A stretch of 64,000 nucleotides of DNA from NCBI GenBank assembly GCA_038087875.1, contig JAXLNO010000226.1:1-64000 (forward strand), given 5' to 3'. Source of the DNA: Malacoraja senta (lineage: Eukaryota). Shown piece after piece: positions 36,070-47,170 of this stretch (its first letter is position 1; each line of letters opens with the position of its first letter). The position numbers and the translations under genes were made by a program. The notes beneath the pieces were generated by a model. That model was not told where the DNA came from, ran no database searches, and worked only from the letters and a program-made list of their open reading frames with translations.

Positions 36070-37304
36070 CATCTGGTCCTCAATTCCCCTACTCTGGGCA
36101 AAGGACTCTGTGTTTACCCAATCTATTCCTCTCACGATCTTGTACACCTCTATAAGATCACCCCTCATCCTCCTGCGCTCCAAGGAATAAATCCCTAGCC
36201 TGCCCAACCTCTCCCTGTAGTTCTCTGGCCCTCGAGTCCTGGCAACATCCTCGTGAATCTTCTCTGAACCCTTTCCAGCTTGACAACATGTTTCCTATAA
36301 CATGGTGCCCAGAACTGAACGTGACCTCACCAACGTCTTATACAAGTGCGATACAACCTCACAAATTCTGACTGATGAAGGCCAATGTGACTGACCTGAG
36401 TATTTCCCATAGACAAAAGTGTTGGAGAAACTCAGCGGGCGAGGCAGCATCTATGGAGCGAAGGAAATAGGTGACGTTTCGGGTCGAGTCCCTTCCTCAG
36501 ACTGAGGTGGGGGTGTTTTTTTTTACTACTAGGTAATTAAAGAGCTCTCATTTAGAAAGGAGGTGAGGAGGAATTTCTTTAGTCAGAGGGTAATTAATCT
36601 GTGGCACTCATTGCCACAGAGGGCTGTGGAGGCCAAGTCAGTGGATTTTCTTTAAGGCCGAGATAGACAAATTATTGATTAGAACGGGTGTCAGGTTATG
36701 GAGAGAAGGCAGGAGAATTGGATTAGCGGAGATCAGCCATGATTGAATGGCGGAGTAGTCTCGATGGGCCGAATGGCCTAATTCTACTCCTATAACGTGA
36801 TCTTACAAATAAGATTAATGATTGGAAACTTTGTACTTAGTGATTCACCAAACCCGTGTGTCATAAATAAAGATTTGAAGTATTTTCTCTTGAATCACCC
36901 TTCGTTCCTGAGTCGCTGAACCAGGCCGTGATTCAACCAGTCATTATGCTCTCTACCGTACACCTGTGGAAGCTCAATAGGGTATTCTTCAACAGACCAA
37001 ATCTCCGCAATATCCTTAGAAAGTGGAGGCGTTAATGGGCCTACATTTATGTAAGAAATGTAACATGTATGAAATGTGTAGATTGGGTCCGAAACATGAA
37101 ATGTCACCTCGTTCCTTTTCTCCAGAGATGCTGCATGACCCGCTGAGTTGCTTCAGCACTTTGCGGCCATCTTTGGCCTAAACCAGCATCTGTAGTTCCT
37201 TCCAACTGATGTAAGAAATGTGTGTTGGCCTGCATGGACGAGATGGGCCGAAGGGCCTGTCTCCGTGCCGTCTGACTATGGCTCTGTGACGGTGGGTTTG
37301 AAAT

Positions 37305-37975
37305 GACAATAGACAATAGGTGCAGGAGTAGGCCATTCGGCCATTCAATGTGATCCTGGCTGATCATCCAAATCAGTACCCCGTTCCTGCCTTCTCCCCA
37401 TATCCCCTGACTCCGCTATCTTTAAGAGCCCTATCTAACTCTCTCTTGAAAGCATCCAGAGAACCGGCCTCCACCGCCCTCTGAGGCAGAGAATTCCACA
37501 GATTCACAACTCTCTGTGTGAAAAAGTGTTTCCTCATCTCCATTCTAAATGGCTTACCCCTTATTCTTAAGCTGTGGCCCCTGGTTCTGGACTCCCCCAA
37601 CCTCGGGAACATGTTTCCTGCCTCTAGCGTGTCCAAACCCCTAACAATAAATTCCGGAGTATACAAGCCCAGCCGCTCCATTCTATCAACATATAACACT
37701 CCCGCCATCCCGGGAATTAACCTTGTGAACCTACGCTGCACTCCCTCAATAGCAAGAATGTCCTTCCTCAAATTAGGGGACCAAAAACTGCACACAATAC
37801 TTCAGGTGTGGTCTCACTAGGGCCCTGTACAACTGCAGTAGGTCCTCTTTGCTCCTATACTGATTGGGGATGATCAGCCATGATCACATTGAATGGCGGT
37901 GCTGGCTCGAAGGGTCGAATGGCCTACTCCTGCACCTATTGTCTATACTCAACTCCTCTTGTTATGAAGGCCAAT
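37305..37975 (-). mobile_element. CR1-clade LINE 3' fragment
   Basis: ORF 37373-37795 encodes a CR1 ORF2 C-terminus. Confidence 0.85.
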
Positions 37976-37998
37976 GCTTTGTGTCTTTCCCTCTGTAG

Positions 37999-38112
37999 CT
38001 CCACCTGAAGTTCTGCTATGAAGCCATCCTGAAACATGTGGAGCAGGTTCTACTGAGGCATGGGGTTCCCACCATCCTGTCCACCAAGGCACCCACCTGT
38101 TCATCTCAAAAG
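37999..38112 (+). CDS. PTPN23: PTPN23 penultimate coding exon (end of PTP domain)
   Basis: LHLKFCYEAILKHVEQVLLRHGVPTILSTKAPTCSSQK. Acceptor ctttccctctgtag, GTATTT donor, 114 nt, phase 0/0. Matches recalled human LHLRFCYEAVVRHVEQVLQRHGVP. Confidence 0.92.
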
Positions 38113-38349
38113 GTATTTGTAGTGTTTACTAATTGCTGACGCTGCTGCACCACGTATTGCAATTATGAAGCATCAGTCTGAAGAAGGGTGTCGACCCGAA
38201 GCGTCCCCCATTCCTTTTCTCCAGAGATGCTGCGTGACCCGCTGAGTTACTCCAGCCTTTTGTGTCTACCCTTGCAATTATGTACCAAACTGTATTGTGT
38301 CACCAGAACAGAACCTGTGGTGTCACGGTGGCACAGCGGGTAAAGTTAC

Positions 38350-38850
38350 ATAGAAAATACGTGCAGGAGGAGCCCATTCGGCCCTTCGAGCCAGCACCGC
38401 CATTCATTGTGATCATGGCTGATCGTCCCCAATCAATAACCCGTGCCTGCCTTCTCCCCATATCCATTGACTCCACTAACCCCTAGAGCTCTATCTAACT
38501 CTCTCTTAAATCCATCCAGTGATTTGGCCTCCACTGCCCTCCATGGCAGGAAATTCCATAAATTCTCTGAGTGAAAACGTTTTTTCTCACCTCAGTCTTA
38601 AATGACCTCCCCTTTATTCTAAGACTGTGGCCCCTGGTTCTGGACTCGCCCAACATTGGGAACATTTTTCCTGCATCTAGCTTGTCCAGTCCTTTTATAA
38701 TTGTATATGTTTCTATCAGATTCCCCCTCATCCTTCTAAACTCCAGTGAATACAAGCCTAGTCTTTTCAATCTTTCCTCATATGACAGTCCCGCCATCCC
38801 AGGGATCAATCTCGTGAACCTACGCTGCACTGCCTCAATCACAAGGATGT
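38350..38850 (-). mobile_element. CR1-clade LINE 3' fragment
   Basis: ORF 38495-38842. Confidence 0.85.
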
Positions 38851-39579
38851 CTCACAGCGCCAGAGACCCAGGTTCCATCCTGACTATGGGTGCTGTCTGT
38901 ACAGAGTTTGCACGTTCTCCCCGTGACCGCGTGGGTTTTCTCCGGGTGCTCCGGCTTCCTCCCACATTCCAAAGGCGTGCGGGTTTGCAGGTTAATTGGC
39001 TTCTGTAAATTGCCCCCTAGTGTGTATCATGCGAAATTGGGATAACATAGAACTAGTGTACGGGTGATCATTGGTCCGCGTGGACTCGGTTGGCCGAAGG
39101 GCCTGTTTCCACGCTGTATCACTAAACCATTCCAAGTTTTAACACCAGGCTGTGTACGAGGAAAAGTTCAGAAACCAAGATAGAAACATAGAAAATAAGT
39201 GCAGGAGTAGACCATTCAATATGATCATGGCCGGTCATACAGTTCCTGCTTTCTCCCCGTATCCCTTGACTCCGTTAAGATACAAGATGGTGCCCAACTC
39301 AGACGACCCTTTGCGCGCTGGTGACAGAAGTGGATCCGCAATCGCACATCACCAGCGCTCCACTCTTTTGAATCTATCCGCACACTGTGGACGGCTCGAT
39401 TGTAATCATGTATTGTCTTTCCGCTGTCTGGTTAGCACGCAACAAAAGCTTGTCACTGTACCTCGGTACACATGACAATAAACTAAACTGAACTCTACTC
39501 AATTCAGGGAAGCCACGAATGTCATCAGCTGTGAATCTAACCCTTCTCTTCATCACATCTTTTCTGATGCTGCTTTAAC

Positions 39580-40107
39580 CCCTCTCCCCTGACTCCGCTA
39601 TCTTTAAGAGCCCTATCTAGCTCTCTCTTGAAAGTATCCAGAGAACCTGCCTCCACCGCCCTCTGAGACAGAGAATTCCACAGACTCACCACTCTCTGTG
39701 TGAAAAAGTGTTTCCTCATCTCCGTTCTAAATGGCTTACCCCTTATTCTTAAACTGTGGCCTCTGGTTCTGGACTCCCCCAACATCGGGAACATGTTTCC
39801 TGCCTCTAGCGTGTCCAAACCCTTAATAATCTTATATGTTTCAATAAGATCCCCTCCCATCCTTCTAAATTCCAGAGTGTACAAGCCCAGCCGCTCCATT
39901 CTCTCAGCATATGACAGTCCCGCCATCCCGGGAATTAACCTTGTAAAACTACGCTGCACTCCCTCGATAGCAAGAATGTCCCTCCTCAAATTAGCGGAAC
40001 AAAACTGCACACAATACTCCAGGTGTGGTCTCACTAAGGCTCTATACAACTGCAGAAGGACCTCTATGCTCCTACACTCAACTCCTCTTGTTATGAAGGC
40101 CAACATG
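39580..40107 (-). mobile_element. CR1-clade LINE 3' fragment
   Basis: LYRALVRPHLEYCVQF...VQRSFTRLIPG in ORF 39537-40145. Confidence 0.88.
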
Positions 40108-41314
40108 AGGCCCACCGAGTCCACGCCGACCAGCGATCCCACCACACTACCACTATCCTATAGGCACTCGGGACAATTTTTGCATTTATACCAAGTTGAT
40201 AAACCTCCAAACCTGTAGATGGGCACAAAAATGCTGGAGTAACTCAGCGGGTCAGGCAGCATCTCTGGACAGAAGGAATGGGTGACATTTCCTTTAAACT
40301 TTCCCCCTTCACCATAAAGCTGTGCCCTCTTGTCTTTGAAATTTCCACCTTGAGGTAAAGCATTGCCGACTGTCCCCCCTACCTACACCTTGTAACTTTA
40401 TATACTTCAATCAGCTCTCCCCCCATCTCCGAAACTAGTCTGGATTGGTTTATCGATCGTCTCATGTCCCAGATAGAACAATGAAATTCTCACTTGCTGC
40501 GGCACAACAGAATATGTACCCATAGACTATCGTGTTCTGTGTTCTTATTTTTTTTAAATTCGTATGGCTGCATGAAGAAAAAGCATTTAGTTGTCTCTGT
40601 ACTTGTACTCTGCACAATGACAATAAAGTTGAATCTAATCTAATCTAAACAACAACAAAAAGTGTACTCCCCCTCCCATTCCCAACCTGACCTTTCTGTC
40701 CTGGGCCTCCTCCATTGTCAGAGTGAGGCCCAGCGCAAATTGGAGGAACAGCACCTCATATTACACTTGGGCAGCTTACACCCCAGCGGTATGAACATTG
40801 ACTTCTCTAACTTCAAGTAACCCTTCGAGCAACTCTCTCTCTCGGCCCTCCCCCCGTCCTAGTCTTCCTGCTAGTTTCACTGTTTGGTATCACCTCTTCC
40901 ACAGCCAACAATGGGCCATTGTGGGCTCCGCCTTTCCCTGGTCATCGGTGCCGGCTCTGAATCCTTTTCACACCTCTAGTTTCCCCTCTCCCCTCATGGG
41001 TGATGATTCGAGTCTGAAGAAGGGTCTCGACCCAAAACGTCACCCATTCCTTCTCTCCAGAGATGCTGCCTGTCCCGCTGAGTTACTGCGGCATTTTGTG
41101 CCCTTATCTTTAGCGAACCCATTGAAGTCTGTCCAACCTCTCTAGGTTACCTAATACACTCTAATCCCAGCATCATTCTGATAAACCTCCTCCGCACTGT
41201 CTCCAAAGCCTCCACATCTTTCCTGGAATGATGCAATTAACAATTGTAAATATGCAGGGTTGATCTGTTCAATGTGTTCATCTGAAATGGACCTAGTTTG
41301 CAGTTATAGAGTCA

Positions 41315-41665
41315 TAGAGTGAAACAGTGTGGAAGCAGGCCCTTCATAGATACAGTGTGGAAACAGGCCCTTCATAGAGTGATACAGTGTGGAAACAGGC
41401 CCTTCATAGAGACAGCGTGGAAACAGGCCCTTCATAGAGTGATATAGTGTGGAAACAGGCCCTTCATAGAGACAGTGTGGAAACAGGCCCTTCATAGAGA
41501 CAGTGTCGAAACTGGCCCTTCATAGGGACAGCGTGGAAACTGGCCCTTCATAGAGTGTTACAGTGTGGAAACAGGCCCTTCATAGATACAGTGTCGAAAC
41601 TGGCCCTTCATAGAGACAGCGTGGAAACTGGCCCTTCATAGAGTGTTACAGTGTGGAAACAGGCC
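41315..41665. repeat. 27-32-bp tandem array (~12 units) derived from a LINE 3' tail
   Basis: Unit (gagtgat)acagtgtggaaacaggcccttcata, contiguous with the minus-strand CR1 3' end at 41650-41995. Confidence 0.9.
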
Positions 41666-41999
41666 CAACTTGCCCACAGCGGCCAATGTGTCCCATCTAC
41701 ACTAGTCCCACCTGCCTGCGCTTGGTCCATACCCCTCCAAACCTGTCCTATCCATGTCCCTGTCCAACTGTTTCTTAAACGATGGGATAGTCCCAGCCTC
41801 AACTACCTCCTCTGGCAGCTTGTTCCATACACCCACCACCCTCTGTGTGAAAAAGTTATCCCTCGGATTCCTATTAAATCTTTTCCCCTCTCACCTTAAA
41901 CCTATGTCCTCTGGTCCTCAATTCCTCTACTCTGGGCAAGAGACTCTGTGCGTCTACCCAATCTATTCCTCTCATGATTTATACACCTCTATAAGATAA

Positions 42000-43660
42000 C
42001 CATATAACCATTACAGCTTGGAAACAGGCCATCTCGGCCCTTCAAGTCCGTGCCAAACACTTTTTTTTAAAAGGATAAAATCGAACCTGCCTCCACCACT
42101 TCCACTGGAAGCTCATTCCACACAGCTACCACTCTCTGAGTAAAGAAGTTTCCCCCTAATGTTACCCCTAAACTTCTGTCCCTTAATTCTCAAGTCATGT
42201 CCCCTTGTTTGAATCTTCCCTACTCTCAATGGGAAAAGCTTATCCACGTCAACTCTGTCTAACCCGCTCATCATTTTAAAGACCTCTATCAAGTCCCCTC
42301 TTAACCTTCTGCGCTCCAAAGAATAAAGACCTAACTTGTTCAACCTTTCTCTGTAACTTAGTTGCTGAAACCCAGGCAACATTCTATAAATCTCCTCTGT
42401 ACTCTCTCTATTTTGTTGACATCCTTCCTATAATTAGGCGACCAAAATTGTACTCCATACTCCAGAATTGGCCTCACCAATGCCTTGTACAATTTTAACA
42501 TTACATCCCAACTTCTATATTCAATGCTCTGATTTATAAAAGCCAGCACACCAAAAGCTTTCTTTACCATCCTATCTACATGAGATTCCACCTTCAGGGA
42601 ACTATGCACAGTTATTCCTAGATCCCTCTGTTCAACTGCATTCCTCAATTCGCTACCATTTACCATGTATGTCCTATTTTGATTTGTCCTGCCGAGATGT
42701 AGCATCTCACATTTTTCAGCATTAAACTCCATCTGCCATCTTTCAGCCCACTCTTCCAAATGGCCTAAATCTCTCTGTAGACTTTGAAAATCTACTTCAT
42801 TATCCACAACACCACCTATCTTAGTATCATCTGCATACTTACTAATCCAATTTTCCACACCATCATCCAGATCATTGATGTACATGACAAACAACAGTGG
42901 ACCCAACACAGACCCCTGAGGCACCCCACTAGTCACCGGCCTCCAACCTGACAAACAGCCATCCACCATTACTCTCTGGCATCTCACATTCAGCCACTGT
43001 TGAATCCATCTTGCTACTCCACCATTAATACCCAACAATTGAATCTTCTTAACCAACCTTCCATGAGGAACCTTGTCAAAGGCCTTACTGAAGTCCCTAT
43101 AGACAACATCCACTGCTTTACCCTCATCAATTTCCCTAGTAACCTCTTCGAAAAATTCAAGAAGATTAGTCAAACATGATCTTCCAGGCACAAATCCATG
43201 TTGACTGTTCCTAATCAGACCCTGCTCATCCAGATGCTTATATATATTATCTCTAAGTATCCTTTCCATTAATTTGCCCACCACTGACAACATGCGCAGT
43301 ACGCCAATCCTCCGGCACTATTCCCGGTTCTAATGACTACTCTGAACCGGGAATAGTTGCTACTTTGCTTGTTTCCCTTACCTCACATAATTCCATATCC
43401 TTCTCCTTGGTGAATACCGAAGAAAAGAAATTGTTCAATATCTCCCCCATCTCTTTTGGCTCTGCAGATAGCTGTCCACTCTGACTCTCTAATGGACCAA
43501 TTTTATTCCTTGTTATCCTTTTGCTATTAATATAGCTGTAGAAACCCTTTGGATTTACTTTCACCTTACTTGCCAAAGCAACCTCATATCTTCTTTTAGC
43601 TTTTCTAATTTCTTTCTTAATATTCTTTTTACATTCTTTATACTCCTCAAGCACCTCATT
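42000..43660 (-). mobile_element. CR1-clade LINE ORF2 fragment with reverse-transcriptase domain
   Basis: 311-aa ORF 42358-43293 contains QHGF, DFSKAFDKV, GVPQGSVLGPLLF and YADD motifs. The upstream part lies at 43337-43654; the element is frameshifted/deleted. Confidence 0.95.
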
Positions 43661-44037
43661 TACTCCAGGAGATTCCCCCTCATCCTCCTGTGCTCCATGG
43701 AATAGAGACCCAGCCTACTCAACCTCTCCCTATAGCTCACACCCTCTTGTCCTGGCAACATCCTTGTAAATCTTTTCTGAACCCTTTCAAGCTTAACAAT
43801 ATCTTTCCTATAACATGGTGCCCAGAACTGAACACAATATTCTGAATGCAGTCTCACCAACGTCTTATACAACTGCAACATGAAGTCACAGAGTGATACA
43901 GTGTGGAAACAGGCCCAACTTGCCCACACAGGCCAACATGTCCCAGCTACCCTAGTCCCACCTGCCTGCGCTTGGTCCATATGCCTCCAAACCTGTCCTA
44001 TCCATGTGTTGACTGTGTGTTTGTGTCTGACCTGCAG

Positions 44038-44613
44038 AGTTACAGTCGGCAGGAACTGCAGGACCTAGTGCTGGGTGGTGATTTGCCCATCAGCTCCATT
44101 CAAGCCACCATTGCCAAGCTGAGTATCAGGGCATGTGCCGGGGGCACTGGCGAGGGCAGGGCCGGCCCGCTGCCCCCCCTGGAGCCGGGACCCGACCCCC
44201 CTCCCATCCTCCAGCAGGACCCGCCCATCAAGACCCCCCGAGCTGCGGAGCAACCGCCTTCACCACCGGCACAAACGGCACCGCCACCAACCCTGCCCGC
44301 CGAGACCACCTTGGACACCGGCCAACCCAGCCAGGCCCCGGACACAAGCAGGACCACCCACACGCCTGCCCCCCGGCCCAGCGCCGCCAACCACACCGAG
44401 ACGGAGGCGGAGAGCAAGGCGGCCTCCCTCGACCTCCTCGCCTGCCTCACCGCGGAAGCCTTCACCCTGGACACCAACCCCCGCAACAGGCCGAAGATCA
44501 GCAAGCACAACTTCCTCCAGCACCAGAACAACGGGCAAGGTCTCCAGACGCCTACCACAGGCGAGGACCCGCTCAGCCAGCTCGACCCGCTGTGGACCCT
44601 GAACAAGACGTGA
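44038..44613 (+). CDS. PTPN23: PTPN23 terminal coding exon (Pro-rich/PEST tail)
   Basis: SYSRQELQDLVLGGDLPISSIQATIAKLSIR...LDLLACLTAEAFTLD...SKHNFLQ...DPLSQLDPLWTLNKT*. CAG acceptor at 44035-44037. The C-terminus matches recalled human DPLSLLDPLWTLNKT. Confidence 0.96.
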   Translation, partial: SYSRQELQDLVLGGDLPISSIQATIAKLSIRACAGGTGEGRAGPLPPLEPGPDPPPILQQDPPIKTPRAAEQPPSPPAQTAPPPTLPAETTLDTGQPSQAPDTSRTTHTPAPRPSAANHTETEAESKAASLDLLACLTAEAFTLDTNPRNRPKISKHNFLQHQNNGQGLQTPTTGEDPLSQLDPLWTLNKT

Positions 44614-46303
44614 TGGCTCGCTCTGTCTCAACGCCTCTTGTTCTGTAGCGGGGCTGGGAAGAGGAAATGTGATCGGCCTTTCGTGGGGATGTCAGCGAAA
44701 TTGGCTCACGGTTTGTTCTGTATAAATCAGAAAGAGCTCTGTCCTGTATAATGCATAGCTCCTACATGTATACCAGTGAGGGATTGTCCTCCCCATAGCA
44801 TTCATGTAAACAGTAAATTATTGCTCACACACCTGGCTCTGTGTAAACCACTCATCTACTCTGGTATTTGCGGGCAGGTGGATTGGCACAAAGAATTGTT
44901 GGGATGTCGGAACTTTGTTCATTCTCTACATCGGTTGATTTTGGGACATCTCGCACGACAATTTGTTTAATTTCAAGAATTTATAATGAATCACCATTCT
45001 GCACAAATTGCCCTGCTTTTTACTCACGGCCAAAATAGTTTGTTTTCCACTGTTGATAAGTGGTTTTACTCTTGCTGTCGGGGTTGTATCACAACTGAGG
45101 CATGTTTCTCCGCAACCTTGTGGATGTGGTCTTTGCAAGCTGCTATCTATCCATTCCCTGGTCATCTTCTCATTACTCCCTGACTCTGGGCTCTGATCCA
45201 TTTCCACGGGGTGCCGACACCGGTGCTTGCCTTTGCCTTGGAGTCTCGACTATGAAGGTCTCTGGTCGACTTACATGAAGGGCGGCCTGTTGTGGATCTG
45301 CCTGGAGACTTGCCGCCTCCTGACGCCCGCCCCAGCAGTTGTGCAGGTCCCTACTGTTGGGGGCTGCCGGTTTTTTGTTGGCAATGGTGAAGAGCAAATG
45401 TTATAGACAATAGGTGCAGGAGTAGGCCATTTGGCCCTTCGAGCCAACACCGCCATTCAATGTGATCATGGCTGATCATCCACAATCAGTACCCCGTTCC
45501 TGCCTTCTCCCCATATCCCCTGACTCCACTATCTTTAACAGCCCTATCCAGCTCTCTCTTGAAAGCATCCAGAGAACCGGCCTCCACCGCCCTCTGAGGC
45601 AGAGAATTCCACAGACTCACCACTCTCTGTGAGAAAAAGTGTTTCCTCGTCCCCGTTCTAGATGGCCTACCCCATATTCTTAAACTGTGGCCCCTGGTTC
45701 TGGACACCCCCAACATCGGGAACATGTTTCCTGCCTCTAGCGTGTCCAAACCCTTAACACTTAGCAAGGTTGGAGAGCAAATGTTGGTTCAACTCCAACA
45801 CTACGCTGGTGGCACAGCCATGTTTTAGAAGCGCATCAATTCCAAGTCCTTGCCGAGCAGCAGTGCAAACTACGCGGGCGGGCGGGCGCTAGATTAGTCC
45901 CGCAGATGAATGGACCTCCAGCCTCTCCTTGCTGAACCTGTCCAACCAGACATGAGTGGACAACACAGACAGTTTGTCCGCTCCTAGTTCACCCGAGAGC
46001 GACACAAAGTGCTGGAGTAACTCAGCACCTCAGGTAGCATCTTTGCAGGAAAAGGATGCGTGACGTTTCCGGTCAGTACACCTTCAGACTGAAAGTCCAA
46101 ACAGTTGCAAATTGTGAAGCCAGAGGAAGGAATGTTGGTGGAAGGGGAGGGGGTGGGGAGATATAGGTGTGAGTCTAGGTGGGGTACGGGGGAGGGAGGG
46201 AGAGGGGGAAAGGACACAGAGGGCAAAAGTCAGAGGGTTTGTAAATACCTTAAAATTAGAGAATGTTCATACCCTTGGTCAGATCAAGTAAGTGTCCTGA
46301 CCC

Positions 46304-46565
46304 GAAACGTCACCTATCCATGTTCTCCACAGATGCTGCCTGACCCGCTGAGTTACTCCAGCACTCTGTGAAACGTCCCCTATCCATGTTCTCCACAGAT
46401 GCTGCCTGACCCGCTGAGTTACTCCAGCACTCTGTGAATCGTCACCTATCCATGTTCTCCACAGATGCTGCCTGACCCGCTGAGTTACTCCAGCACTCTG
46501 AAACGTCACCTATCCATGTTCACCACAGATGCTGCCTGACCCGCTGAGTTACTCCAGCACTCTGT
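46304..46565 (+). repeat. 66-bp Penelope-derived tandem repeat, 4 copies
   Basis: Same unit as 13254-13846. Confidence 0.9.
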
Positions 46566-46951
46566 GTCTTTGTGTTTCAGTTTAAGAGTGAACAATTGAA
46601 TTTTGCTAGCTGGTTTGACATCATTTCTACAATTAATTCTACCACGCTGTGCAGAAGGTGGAGGTGAATGGCAACGGTTAGGAAAGGAAGGGCAGGGAAG
46701 AAGGAATTTATAGGTGTGCATGTTGATCACCGGACGGCAGTGATTTTGATCATTTTCCCGTCCCGCTTGTTCCATTTTCTGCTGCTTGATTCCTAGTCAA
46801 CCAAATGATAGCTAAGAGGGAGATGTGTGTGGTAACTTCCCCTCTCGTTTTCCCCAGACATCTAACGTGCCTGTTTCAAGTTTGTTTCCAGAATGACGCC
46901 TTTGTTTTGAAGGCATTCACTCTCATTCCAAGAATCGAAAGAGGAGTCAAA

Positions 46952-47170
46952 AGGGCCTGTCCCACTTGGGCGTCATTTGTGCGTCACGCAGGTGGCACGC
47001 GAAGATTTCGTGGATCCCAAAATCCTGAGGGCGCCGTGTGCGACCGCGCGTCACTGCCTACGTCACCACGCACCATGCGCGAGTAATGCACGCTATGCGC
47101 GCATCACAACGCCCGCATTGTGACGTGTAAATGATGACGCGCAAATGACTCCCAAGTGGGACAGGCCCCA
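46952..47170. mobile_element. MITE (Harbinger-type)
   Basis: TIR agggcctgtcccacttgggcgtcatttg / caaatgactcccaagtgggacaggcccc. Confidence 0.75.

Noticed and set aside
36895..37107. 70-aa minus-strand ORF in unique-looking sequence (…IWSVEEYPIELPQVYG…)
   Set aside because: No similarity I can recognise to PTPN23, SCAP or TE proteins, and no convincing splice context.
42358..43293. Domesticated reverse-transcriptase gene
   Set aside because: It is a truncated CR1 ORF2 with a frameshift and an internal deletion in the flanking parts.
44100..44648. Overlapping alternative-frame and antisense ORFs over the last PTPN23 exon
   Set aside because: Expected by-product of a GC-rich, stop-poor coding exon.
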